24,000 nucleotides of DNA. Origin: Synechococcus sp. MIT S1220 (lineage in GTDB: Bacteria > Cyanobacteriota > Cyanobacteriia > PCC-6307 > Cyanobiaceae). The notes beneath the pieces were generated by a model, which ran no database searches, was not told where the DNA came from, and saw only the letters and a program-made list of their open reading frames with translations. The DNA lies in the NCBI RefSeq assembly GCF_047303025.1, contig NZ_CP138939.1, positions 1,379,518 to 1,403,517 on the forward strand, in the 5' to 3' direction. This document shows positions 1 through 7,587 of this stretch, one piece after another; position 1 is the stretch's first letter, and each line of letters opens with the position of its first letter. A program made the position numbers and the translations under genes.

Positions 1-134
1 AGGATCTCAACCTGATCGTCAGTGAGCTTGAGGCTTGCCATCGCGCTTACCCCGATCACCACGTTCGCATCGTCGGCTACGACGCCTACACCCAGAGCCA
101 GGGTTCCTGCTTCGTGGTCTTCGAGGGGCGCTGA
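1..134 (+). CDS. rbcS: RuBisCO small subunit, 3' end only (gene begins upstream of the window)
   Basis: Reading from nt 3 gives [43 protein letters not shown], with stop TGA at 132-134. This is a typical form IA small-subunit C-terminus. It sits immediately upstream of csoS2, as in alpha-carboxysome operons. Confidence 0.9.
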   Translation, partial: DLNLIVSELEACHRAYPDHHVRIVGYDAYTQSQGSCFVVFEGR

Positions 135-155
135 TCCCTCGACCTAATTGGTTCT

Positions 156-190
156 GAGCCCTGACTTCAGTTCAGGGCTCCAGCTTTTTT
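156..190 (+). terminator. Stem-loop plus T-run after rbcS (intra-operon attenuator or partial terminator)
   Basis: GAGCCCTGA (156-164) pairs perfectly with TCAGGGCTC (172-180) across a 7-nt loop, followed by CAGCTTTTTT (181-190). A second small hairpin, GAAGGG (192-197) / CCCTTC (205-210), follows directly. Confidence 0.6.
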
Positions 191-237
191 CGAAGGGCAG
201 GAGTCCCTTCACTTCACGACGACACCCCTGGGCGGAC

Positions 238-2643
238 ATGGCAAGACTTTCCAGTCGCGAACTCGCACTTGAGCGCCGCAAGGCACTGACCACTTCCGGT
301 AAGAAGTCGCCTGCTGCCGCAGCTGTCAGCGCCAACCGTGTGCGCACAGCGGCTGACGCTCGTCCGACGCGCACCAATGCGAACCCTGCTGACGAACCGG
401 TTACGCGGGCGTCGACCGCATCCGTTGCTGTAGCTCCGCAACGACCGGTCGCTCCCCATCGCACCGTCAGTTTCACCACAACTGCTGTGTCTCGCTCCTC
501 CACGGTGAAGCCCCAGAAACATCCCAGCCGAGAGCTTGTTCTGGCTCGTCGTGACGCCTTGTCCCGCCGTGGAAAGACGGCCGATACCAGTCGAGATCGA
601 AATCGTGCCGATGTGGCGCGACACGCCAAAGCAGCACCACAATCCTCAGCGACCTCAGACGACAAAAAGGGTTGCGGTTGTGGTGGTTCACGCGCGGCTG
701 AAAAATCCGCTCTCAGTTCCAGAGCACCGCAACTGAGCCTGCGCATTGATCGTGCACCAGCCGGTGAGCGCCGATCGGCATCCCCCAAGCGCCGGGCGAT
801 CGAAAATCCAAGTCGAGCCCTTGTTCTGGCTCGTCGCGTGGCGATGTCCAAGCACGGCAAAACAGCTGGTAAGCAACCCACCAGCGCAGCCGCCGTTGCA
901 CGGCAAGCCAATCCAGACCTCACCAGTCGCGAATTGGCTCAACAGGTGCGCGAGCTGCGCGCCAAGGCGGGTGCTCGCAACAAGCAGAGCGCCGGTATTA
1001 CACGTCCAAGCGGACCCAATCGCCATGGTGCCAAGCAGGCTGCTGCGGCAGATGCTCACTGGAAAGTTGGTGAGAGCACCACGTCATCCGGGCAGACGGT
1101 GACCGGTACCCAGGCCAACAGGTCTGTGAAGACCACCGGCAACGAAGCCAGCACTTGCCGTTCAATCACCGGTACTGAATATCTCGGGTCGGAAGTCTTC
1201 CAGACGTTCTGCCAGTCTCCGCCCGAACTCACCACACCAGCGAAGGTGCGCGTCAGTTCCACCAGTCATGGAAACCGTGTCACCGGAAATGAAGTTGGAC
1301 GTTCAAGCAAGGTCACAGGTGATGAGCCAGGCACCTGTAAGACGGTGACCGGCACGGAATACATCTCCGCGAATCAGGCAGCGAACTACTGCGGAGGTGG
1401 CAATCTCTCCCCCCGCAAAGTCGGCCACAGCCTCACTGAGCAGGGACGCCCCGTCAGTGGTGTGATGGTTGGTCGCTCTTCCAGCGTGACCGGCGATGAA
1501 GCCGGTGCAAACCGCGCTTTAACAGGTGATCAATATCTAGGTTCCGATCCCTTGCCCGATGGTCGACCAGCGGCCAAGGTCGGTTTGTCAGCCACCCTGT
1601 CCGGCTCCGGCGTCACCGGCACCATGGTGGGCCGTTCCTCCAGCGTCACCGGTGATGAGTTCGGCTCATGCCACCGTGTCACCGGCGACCAGTACATCAG
1701 CGCCGAGCAGGTCAATGCCTTCTGCGGCGGCAAGACTGAGCCTGAGGCCGCCAAGGTTGGTTTCAGCATTACCAATCGCAACCAGGTGGTGAGCGGTACA
1801 CGCACCGGGCGTTCCGATCGTGTCACCGGTGATGAGCCAGGAACCTGCAAGGCGGTCACAGGCACTCCCTATGCAGGACTCGAGGATGCTGGTCAGCATT
1901 GCGGCACCCCTGCAGTGCAGGCGATCCGAGAGCGCACTCCAGTGCGTCCTGGTACACCTGCAGCGCCAATGACCGGTCTTCAGCCTGGTATTGGTGGTGT
2001 GATGACCGGTGCCGAACGCGGTGCCTGCGAAGCGGTAACCGGTACGCCTTATGTGGGTGCTGATCAACTCGCATCCACTTGCGGTGCTGATGCACCTGCC
2101 GGTACTGAGACTCACGCTGAAGTCCCTGAAGGGGCTGCCTGGACGCGTTTCAGCGTGATGTCACCAGCCCGTGCAGCCCAGCAGCAGCGCGACACACGAA
2201 ATGGTGTCACCGGAACCACCTATGAGCAGGGGAATCGCATCACCGGCCCTTTTGACATGGCGGGCGGCAAGGTGACCGGCACCGAGCAGTTCCGCTTCGA
2301 CAATCGCGAGTTCCAGAACCGGCAATCCCGTCAGTTTCAGCCAACACCACCCGTCGCTGTTGCAGAACCTTCTGACGCCACTCCTGCATCCCGGGTTACG
2401 GGTGAGGGCTCGTCCACCAAGGTCACAGGTGATGACTGGGACCGCGGTGAACACGTCACCGGCACAGAAGGAGCATCCGCCCGTCGTCGTAATCCCTCCC
2501 GTCCAGGCCCGATGAGCGCGATGGCCCCCTATGAGCGCAAGCGCAATGAAGAGATCGAGTGGCCCGTCAGCCGTGTCACCGGTTCCAGTGGAAACACGGA
2601 GAAGGGATCGCTGATCACGGTTTCTGGCGGCGCACGGGGTTGA
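238..2643 (+). CDS. csoS2: Carboxysome assembly/scaffold protein CsoS2 (801 aa)
   Basis: The ORF is open from 148, but the ATG at 238 gives MARLSSRELALERRKALTTSGKK, which matches my recollection of cyanobacterial CsoS2 N-termini (unchecked). There are four basic N-peptide repeats. Six middle repeats have the V[TS]G triplet pattern, mostly with paired Cys; the third repeat has none. The C-terminal region also carries VTG repeats. Position after rbcS fits. Confidence 0.95.
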   Translation: MARLSSRELALERRKALTTSGKKSPAAAAVSANRVRTAADARPTRTNANPADEPVTRASTASVAVAPQRPVAPHRTVSFTTTAVSRSSTVKPQKHPSRELVLARRDALSRRGKTADTSRDRNRADVARHAKAAPQSSATSDDKKGCGCGGSRAAEKSALSSRAPQLSLRIDRAPAGERRSASPKRRAIENPSRALVLARRVAMSKHGKTAGKQPTSAAAVARQANPDLTSRELAQQVRELRAKAGARNKQSAGITRPSGPNRHGAKQAAAADAHWKVGESTTSSGQTVTGTQANRSVKTTGNEASTCRSITGTEYLGSEVFQTFCQSPPELTTPAKVRVSSTSHGNRVTGNEVGRSSKVTGDEPGTCKTVTGTEYISANQAANYCGGGNLSPRKVGHSLTEQGRPVSGVMVGRSSSVTGDEAGANRALTGDQYLGSDPLPDGRPAAKVGLSATLSGSGVTGTMVGRSSSVTGDEFGSCHRVTGDQYISAEQVNAFCGGKTEPEAAKVGFSITNRNQVVSGTRTGRSDRVTGDEPGTCKAVTGTPYAGLEDAGQHCGTPAVQAIRERTPVRPGTPAAPMTGLQPGIGGVMTGAERGACEAVTGTPYVGADQLASTCGADAPAGTETHAEVPEGAAWTRFSVMSPARAAQQQRDTRNGVTGTTYEQGNRITGPFDMAGGKVTGTEQFRFDNREFQNRQSRQFQPTPPVAVAEPSDATPASRVTGEGSSTKVTGDDWDRGEHVTGTEGASARRRNPSRPGPMSAMAPYERKRNEEIEWPVSRVTGSSGNTEKGSLITVSGGARG
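250..984 (+). repeat. Four CsoS2 N-peptide (Rubisco-binding type) repeats
   Basis: SSRELALERRKALTTSGKK (250-306), PSRELVLARRDALSRRGKTA (523-582), PSRALVLARRVAMSKHGKTAGK (808-873), TSRELAQQVRELRAKAGARNK (922-984). Repeats 2 and 3 share an identical 17-nt core, CTTGTTCTGGCTCGTCG (535-551 and 820-836). Confidence 0.85.
1090..2082 (+). repeat. CsoS2 middle-region repeats (about 6 units of ~50 aa)
   Basis: The recurring pattern is G..VTG....GRS..VTGDE.G.C..VTGT.Y......FC. Examples: GQTVTGTQANRSVKTTGNEASTCRSITGTEY..., GNRVTGNEVGRSSKVTGDEPGTCKTVTGTEY..., GSGVTGTMVGRSSSVTGDEFGSCHRVTGDQY... Confidence 0.85.
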
Positions 2644-2650
2644 TCGGCTG

Positions 2651-4414
2651 ATGGTTCGCTCCATGCCCTTTTCCGGCGGGCGAGCACAGGCCCCCACCGC
2701 TCCGTCCCGTCGACAGCGCTTCCAATCTGAATCGCGCGCTGATCAAGCTGATCAAGATTCCACAGCGGCCACTTCGTCAACGATGAGCCCGCGCGAACTC
2801 GCCCTTGAGCGCCGTCGTGCCCTCACCAGTGCTGGAAAGGCTGCGGTGCTTGCTTCAGGCACCGTTGCTGGTGGCCGAATTCGCACCAGTCAGGACAATC
2901 GACGTCCGGTTCCTCAGCAACCCGGCTGGGTGCGACGTGACAGCAAACGATCGGTGTCGCGTCCAGTTCCGTTCAACCTGAGCCGATCATCTCTGCCGAT
3001 CACGCATCGGCAGCATCCGCTCACGGACGCGACAGCGAATGGTGTTCTTCGGGCTTACGAAGATGAGGTGAAGGGCCGCTTTGATCGGATTGTGCCCTTG
3101 TTGCAGAAGGTGTCTGCTCTCCAGCACGACACTGATTTCATCGAGCAGGCCCAGCGCATGACCCGGGCCGAACTGGGTTTCGACCTGCCACAGCATGTGC
3201 TCGACAAATCATGGGTTCGGCCACTGGACATGCGTGCCCTGTTCGCATGGTGCGTGTTTGAGTCCCACCGCTTGTTCAGTGATCGATTTTTTCAGGACGA
3301 TCCCCTCTGTGGTGCCTCAGGCAGTGAAGCTGCTCATCGGTTCGAGCAGTTTCTGCTCGAGTGCGGAATTCATCTTCTCGATGTGAGTCCCTGTGCTGAT
3401 GGTCGTCTGGCGCACAGCGTCGCTTACGCCCTGAGGATTCCTTTCAGTGCAGTTCGTCGCCGCTCCCATGCCGGAGCGATGTTCGATGTGGAGAACACCG
3501 TCAACCGTTGGGTGAAAACCGAGCACCGCCGCTATCGCGAGGGGGTACCCAACCCCGCAACGGAACCCACTCGATATTTGAAGGTGGTGACCTACCACTT
3601 CAGTTCCCTCGATCCCCTTCACCAGGGATGTGCTGCCCATGGAAGCAATGATGAACTCGCCGCTTCCGCAGGCCTTCAGAGACTTCTTGATTTTCGTGAG
3701 ACGGTTGAGAACAGTTTCTGTTGTGGTGCCTCGGTTGACCTGCTCCTGATCGGTCTCGACACCGACACGGACGCCATCCGGGTGCACTCCCCGAATCGTG
3801 ACAGCGAGATGGTTCTTGATCAGTGGGTGTGTGCCCGCGATCTGCATTCCGCAACGGCATCGATGACAGCGGATCAAGCCCAGCAGGTGGTCAGTGATGC
3901 GGTTGCATCCGCGGCTCCAGGACCGATGGAACAAGGCATGCAACGGTTCATCACGCAGCTCCTGACCAACAATTTTTCCCAGATCGACTACGTGCAGGAT
4001 CTGCATCAGGGCCCTTACCCCGATGCAGGCCACGCCGAGCGTTTCATTGGGGTTGGCATTGGTTTCAAGGAGGTTCATCTGCGCAACCTCACCTATTTCG
4101 CCCATCTCGACACGGTTGAAGAGGGCGCACCCGATCTGGATGTTGGCGTCAAGATTTTCAAGGGGCTCAACGTCTCCCGCGATCTACCCATCCCCATCGT
4201 GGTTCGCTTCGATTACTCGGGTCGTGTGCCCGGAGCCCGGGAGCGGGCGATCGCCGACTGCCAACGGGTCAATGAAGCGATTGCAGCTCGCTATTCCGAG
4301 CTCGTTAAAGATGGTCTGCTTCATACCTGTCTCACGATCCGGGACCGCCATCAGACCGCACCAGCCGAAGTCGTTGGTTCCACTCTCGACCCTCAGATCC
4401 AGGAGGCTCACTGA
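2651..4414 (+). CDS. csoS3: Carboxysomal carbonic anhydrase CsoSCA (CsoS3)
   Basis: I recognise the block FDRIVPLLQKVSALQHDTDFIEQAQ ... LDKSWVRPLDMRALFAWCVF ... CGIHLLDVSPCADGRLAH ... as CsoS3/CsoSCA-like from memory (no search run). Position between csoS2 and csoS4A fits. The start is uncertain: ATG at 2651, 2663 (MPFSGG...) or 2783 (MSPRELALERRRAL...). An upstream start is favoured because the MP...G...PTAP N-terminus resembles my recollection of other cyanobacterial CsoSCA proteins. Confidence 0.93.
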   Translation: MVRSMPFSGGRAQAPTAPSRRQRFQSESRADQADQDSTAATSSTMSPRELALERRRALTSAGKAAVLASGTVAGGRIRTSQDNRRPVPQQPGWVRRDSKRSVSRPVPFNLSRSSLPITHRQHPLTDATANGVLRAYEDEVKGRFDRIVPLLQKVSALQHDTDFIEQAQRMTRAELGFDLPQHVLDKSWVRPLDMRALFAWCVFESHRLFSDRFFQDDPLCGASGSEAAHRFEQFLLECGIHLLDVSPCADGRLAHSVAYALRIPFSAVRRRSHAGAMFDVENTVNRWVKTEHRRYREGVPNPATEPTRYLKVVTYHFSSLDPLHQGCAAHGSNDELAASAGLQRLLDFRETVENSFCCGASVDLLLIGLDTDTDAIRVHSPNRDSEMVLDQWVCARDLHSATASMTADQAQQVVSDAVASAAPGPMEQGMQRFITQLLTNNFSQIDYVQDLHQGPYPDAGHAERFIGVGIGFKEVHLRNLTYFAHLDTVEEGAPDLDVGVKIFKGLNVSRDLPIPIVVRFDYSGRVPGARERAIADCQRVNEAIAARYSELVKDGLLHTCLTIRDRHQTAPAEVVGSTLDPQIQEAH

Positions 4415-4416
4415 TC

Positions 4417-4785
4417 ATGCTGATTGTCAAGGTCATCAAGCCACTTGTCTCCACCAACCGGATTCCGGATTTTGAACACAAACACCTGCAGGTGGTTCAG
4501 GACGGCAGTGCCAAGAAGGTCGCGGTGGATGCCGTCGGTGCCAAACCCGGCGATTGGGTGATCTGCGTCAGCAGTTCAGCTGCCCGGGAAGCTGCCGGCA
4601 GCAAGTCTTATCCCAGTGATCTCACCATTGTTGGGATCATCGATCACTGGGAACCTGATCCGCCCAAGACCGCAGCTCCTGCCGCGACGCCCACCGCGGC
4701 ACCCGTTGCGCCTCCGAAGGCTGCACAATCTCCGCCTTCCCAGGCCGCGCCTGCGAGTCAACCACCAGGAGGCAGTACCAGCTGA
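4417..4785 (+). CDS. csoS4A: Carboxysome vertex (pentamer) protein CsoS4A with a Pro/Ala-rich C-terminal tail
   Basis: MLIVKVIKPLVSTNRIPDFEHKHLQVV...WVICVSSSAAREA... is an EutN/CcmL-family fold sequence. It starts 2 nt after the csoS3 stop. Its stop overlaps the csoS4B start (TGATG at 4783-4787). Confidence 0.85.
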   Translation: MLIVKVIKPLVSTNRIPDFEHKHLQVVQDGSAKKVAVDAVGAKPGDWVICVSSSAAREAAGSKSYPSDLTIVGIIDHWEPDPPKTAAPAATPTAAPVAPPKAAQSPPSQAAPASQPPGGSTS

Positions 4786-5036
4786 TGGAAATCATGCAGG
4801 TGATGGGAACTCTCGTGTGCACCTATCGGGTTGCAGGACTCGATCACATGCACCTGCGCATTCTCCGCAACAACAAAGGCAAGAAGCTCGTTGCAGTGGA
4901 TCCTGTTGGTGCCCGTGAAGGCAACTGGGTGTTCACAGCGAGTGGTTCTGCTGCACGCCATGCCTGTCCCGACAACACCGTCCTGACCGATCTGACGATC
5001 GGCGGAATCATCGACTTCTGGACGCCGGACGGATAA
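4785..5036 (+). CDS. csoS4B: Carboxysome vertex (pentamer) protein CsoS4B
   Basis: MEIMQVMGTLVCTYRVAGLDHMHLRILRN...WVFTASGSAARHA... is paralogous to the preceding EutN/CcmL-type gene. The 1-nt stop/start overlap suggests translational coupling. Confidence 0.85.
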   Translation: MEIMQVMGTLVCTYRVAGLDHMHLRILRNNKGKKLVAVDPVGAREGNWVFTASGSAARHACPDNTVLTDLTIGGIIDFWTPDG

Positions 5037-5088
5037 GGATCTCCACTCCTGTTCCTCCGCTTCCGTTCCGCATCCACCTCTTCTTTTT

Positions 5089-5622
5089 ATGGCTACTCCA
5101 TCACCCACACCAAGGCGCCGCACAACCCGCAGCTCCGCTGCCGCCAAGACGGTCAATGTGACCCCGGTCAGCAGCGGTTCCAGTGATGGAGCTTCTTCCC
5201 AAACGAAGTCTTCTGCGCCCAGCTCATCACGTCCGACCGCGTCCCGAGGCAGGCCGTCTCAAGCAGGCAAGGGTGGTGCCATCGCCAAACCATCAGGGAG
5301 CTCCGCGGCGATCGCTCCATCTCCGGTCAGCGGCATTGCCCTCGGCATGATCGAAACCCGCGGAATGGTTCCGGCGATTGAAGCGGCGGATGCGATGACG
5401 AAAGCGGCAGAGGTGACCCTGATCTGCCGTGAGTATGTCGGTGGTGGGTACGTCACCGTCATGGTCCGTGGAGAAACGGGAGCCGTCAACGCCGCTGTCC
5501 GTGCTGGTGCCGATGCCTGTGAGCGCGTAGGAGATGGCTTGGTTGCTGCTCATATCATTGCTCGGCCTCATCAGGAGGTGGAGCCTGCCCTGGAACCCAG
5601 CGGAGCCCTGCGTCGCAGCTGA
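5089..5622 (+). CDS. csoS1E: BMC-H (Pfam00936-type) shell protein with a long disordered N-terminal extension, CsoS1E-like
   Basis: The C-terminal ~95 aa, IALGMIETRGMVPAIEAADAMTKAAEVTLICREYVGGGYVTVMVRGETGAVNAAVRAGADACERVG..., is a canonical single BMC domain. The first ~80 aa are Ser/Pro/Ala/Arg-rich low complexity. The symbol is assigned by analogy with marine Synechococcus operons. Confidence 0.75.
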   Translation: MATPSPTPRRRTTRSSAAAKTVNVTPVSSGSSDGASSQTKSSAPSSSRPTASRGRPSQAGKGGAIAKPSGSSAAIAPSPVSGIALGMIETRGMVPAIEAADAMTKAAEVTLICREYVGGGYVTVMVRGETGAVNAAVRAGADACERVGDGLVAAHIIARPHQEVEPALEPSGALRRS

Positions 5623-5640
5623 GTTGTTCAGACCAAATCA

Positions 5641-5661
5641 AGCGCTTTGACATAAAGCGCT
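5641..5661. other. Perfect 8-bp hairpin between the carboxysome genes and ndhF4
   Basis: AGCGCTTT (5641-5648) and AAAGCGCT (5654-5661) flank a 5-nt loop. No T-run follows on either strand, so it is not a classical terminator. It could be an RNA processing or stability element. Confidence 0.3.
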
Positions 5662-5733
5662 GCAAAACGCAAACACCCGCTTAGATTCGCCGGCCAGTAC
5701 AGGACAGGCCCGATCCCAACCCTGCTTGATGTT

Positions 5734-7578
5734 GTGACTCCGGAGCTCTCTCTCCCGACCCAAACAGCCTGGTTGATCCCTCTCTATGGGTTCGCAGGCA
5801 TGGTCGTTTCCCTGCCATGGGCTTCAGGTTGGTTCCGTCGTCAGGCCCACCGTCCTGCGGCTTACCTGAACATCCTCCTGACCCTGCTTGCTTTCGTGCA
5901 CGGCAGTCTCCTGCTGCAGGAAGTGTTTCTTCAAGGTCCTGTGGATCTCAGCTACCCCTGGCTCACGGTGGCTGATCTCGAATTGGACATCAGCTTCAGC
6001 CTGACGCTGAACAACCTTGTTGCCCTTGAGCTGATCACGGGCCTGAGTCTGTTCTCTCAGGTGTATTCACTTGGATACATGGATAAGGAATGGGCTTTGG
6101 CCCGTTTCTTTGCGCTTCTTGGTTTTTTCGAGGGAGCGATGAGTGGTGTGGTGCTGAGCGATTCACTGTTTCAGAGCTACTTCCTGCTGGAGATGCTCAC
6201 ACTCTCCACCTACTTATTGGTCGGTTTTTGGTATGCCCAGCCGCTGGTCGTCACCGCCGCGCGGGATGCCTTCCTCACCAAACGCGTGGGTGATGTTCTT
6301 CTGCTGATGGGCGTTGTCGCTCTTTGCAGCTTTTCGGGTGTGATGGGATTCGGCGATCTCTATGCCTGGGCTGCTCAGAACAACCTCACATCCTTCGCCG
6401 CGACGTTGCTTGGTCTTGGCTTGATTGCCGGACCTACTGGGAAATGTGCCCAATTTCCAATGCACCTCTGGCTGGATGAAGCGATGGAAGGTCCGAATCC
6501 GGCCTCGATCCTTCGCAATTCTGTCGTTGTCACCTGTGGAGCCATCGTGCTTCTGAAAGTGATGCCGATCCTTCAGCTTTCGCCAGTGGCCCTAGCGGTA
6601 CTGCTGGTGATCGGCAGCATCAGCGCCATCGGTGGTTCCCTCGTCGCCATCGCTCAAGTGGATATCAAGCGGACCCTGTCTTACTCAACAACGGCCCACC
6701 TTGGTTTGGTGTTTATCGCGATCGCGTTGCAGATTCCTGTTCTTGCTTTGCTTCTCCTATACACCCACGCCGTCTCCAAGGCTTTGTTGTCGATGAGCGT
6801 TGGAGGGGTGATCGCTTCCACAAACTGTCAAGACATCACAGAGCTTGGTGGACTTGGTAGTCGAATGCCAGCCACGACGACCTCCTATTTGGTCGGTGGT
6901 GCCGGGCTGGTTGCCTTCCTTCCTCTGGGTGGGTTTCTGGCCATGGCGCAAGGCATCGAGTTGCTGAGTGTCCGCTCCGTTCCCTTCATGGCGGTGTTCC
7001 TGCTCACCAATGCACTGACTGCCCTCAATCTTGTGCGGGTGTTCCGCCACGTCTTCCTTGGCGATGTCCTGATCAAATCCCGCCGTGCTGCTGAAGTGAA
7101 CTGGCAGATGGCCCTTCCGATGGTGGCGCTGTCTGTGGTGGTGGTGCTGACCCCGGTCCTGCTGGTTCGTCTCGAGTCGCTTGATGGTTTGCTGGCGTTC
7201 CCTCTCTGGGCTGCAGCTCTGGTCGTTGGCAGTGGGCTGATCGGTCTTGTCGCCGGGGCTGTTCTGCCGTTGAGCAAAGCCTGGTCCCGTTCCCTGAACC
7301 CGCTTTTGCGCTGGTTCCAGGATCTTCTCGCTTACGACTTCTACACCGAGCGCTTCTACAGAATCACGATCGTCAACGTGGTGGCTGGATTCTCGCGGCT
7401 TGCGTTCTGGTTTGATCGCAATGTTGTCGATGGGGTGCTCCATGGGGTGGCCCGCCTGTCGATGCAGAGCGCCGAAGGCCTGAAGCTGAGTGTGAGTGGC
7501 CAAAGCCAGTCGTATGTGCTCACGGTGCTTGTGGCGATTGTTCTTTTCCTCACCTCGGTGAGCTGGTTCCTCACCTGA
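5734..7578 (+). CDS. ndhF4: NDH-1 subunit F, CO2-uptake type (NdhF4)
   Basis: 614-aa polytopic membrane protein with NuoL/NdhF-type motifs (TAWLIPLYGF..., GKCAQFPMHLWLDEAMEGPNPAS, YSTTAHLGLVF). GTG start at 5734. The gene order ndhF-ndhD-chpX next to cso genes is the marine alpha-cyanobacterial NDH-1(4) arrangement. The F4 versus F3 assignment is inferred from that context. Confidence 0.85.
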   Translation: MTPELSLPTQTAWLIPLYGFAGMVVSLPWASGWFRRQAHRPAAYLNILLTLLAFVHGSLLLQEVFLQGPVDLSYPWLTVADLELDISFSLTLNNLVALELITGLSLFSQVYSLGYMDKEWALARFFALLGFFEGAMSGVVLSDSLFQSYFLLEMLTLSTYLLVGFWYAQPLVVTAARDAFLTKRVGDVLLLMGVVALCSFSGVMGFGDLYAWAAQNNLTSFAATLLGLGLIAGPTGKCAQFPMHLWLDEAMEGPNPASILRNSVVVTCGAIVLLKVMPILQLSPVALAVLLVIGSISAIGGSLVAIAQVDIKRTLSYSTTAHLGLVFIAIALQIPVLALLLLYTHAVSKALLSMSVGGVIASTNCQDITELGGLGSRMPATTTSYLVGGAGLVAFLPLGGFLAMAQGIELLSVRSVPFMAVFLLTNALTALNLVRVFRHVFLGDVLIKSRRAAEVNWQMALPMVALSVVVVLTPVLLVRLESLDGLLAFPLWAAALVVGSGLIGLVAGAVLPLSKAWSRSLNPLLRWFQDLLAYDFYTERFYRITIVNVVAGFSRLAFWFDRNVVDGVLHGVARLSMQSAEGLKLSVSGQSQSYVLTVLVAIVLFLTSVSWFLT

Positions 7579-7587
7579 TCACCTGAG

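Noticed and set aside
148-237. 30-codon N-terminal extension of the csoS2 ORF (MVLSPDFSSGLQLF...).
   Set aside because: It overlaps the rbcS terminator-like hairpins. As far as I recall, CsoS2 homologs begin at the MA(R/K)LSSRELALERR sequence, which starts at 238.
144-923. 259-aa minus-strand ORF, plus other long ORFs antisense to or out of frame with csoS2 (e.g. 214-642, 688-1059, 1666-2115, 2161-2697).
   Set aside because: They lie entirely within the well-supported csoS2 frame in >60% GC DNA, where stop codons are rare. Their translations are Arg/Ala/Ser/Cys-rich low complexity with no recognisable motifs.
238-2643. Programmed ribosomal frameshifting in csoS2, as reported for some proteobacterial csoS2 genes.
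   Set aside because: I could not identify a convincing slippery heptamer with a downstream structure by eye. To my knowledge, cyanobacterial csoS2 genes are not expected to frameshift. Left uncalled.
3317-4105. 262-aa ORF antisense to csoS3. Similar cases: 6757-7503 antisense to ndhF4, 9183-9707 antisense to chpX, 23235-23930 antisense to the ClC-like gene.
   Set aside because: High-GC antisense artefacts opposite genes with clear family motifs. No motifs of their own.
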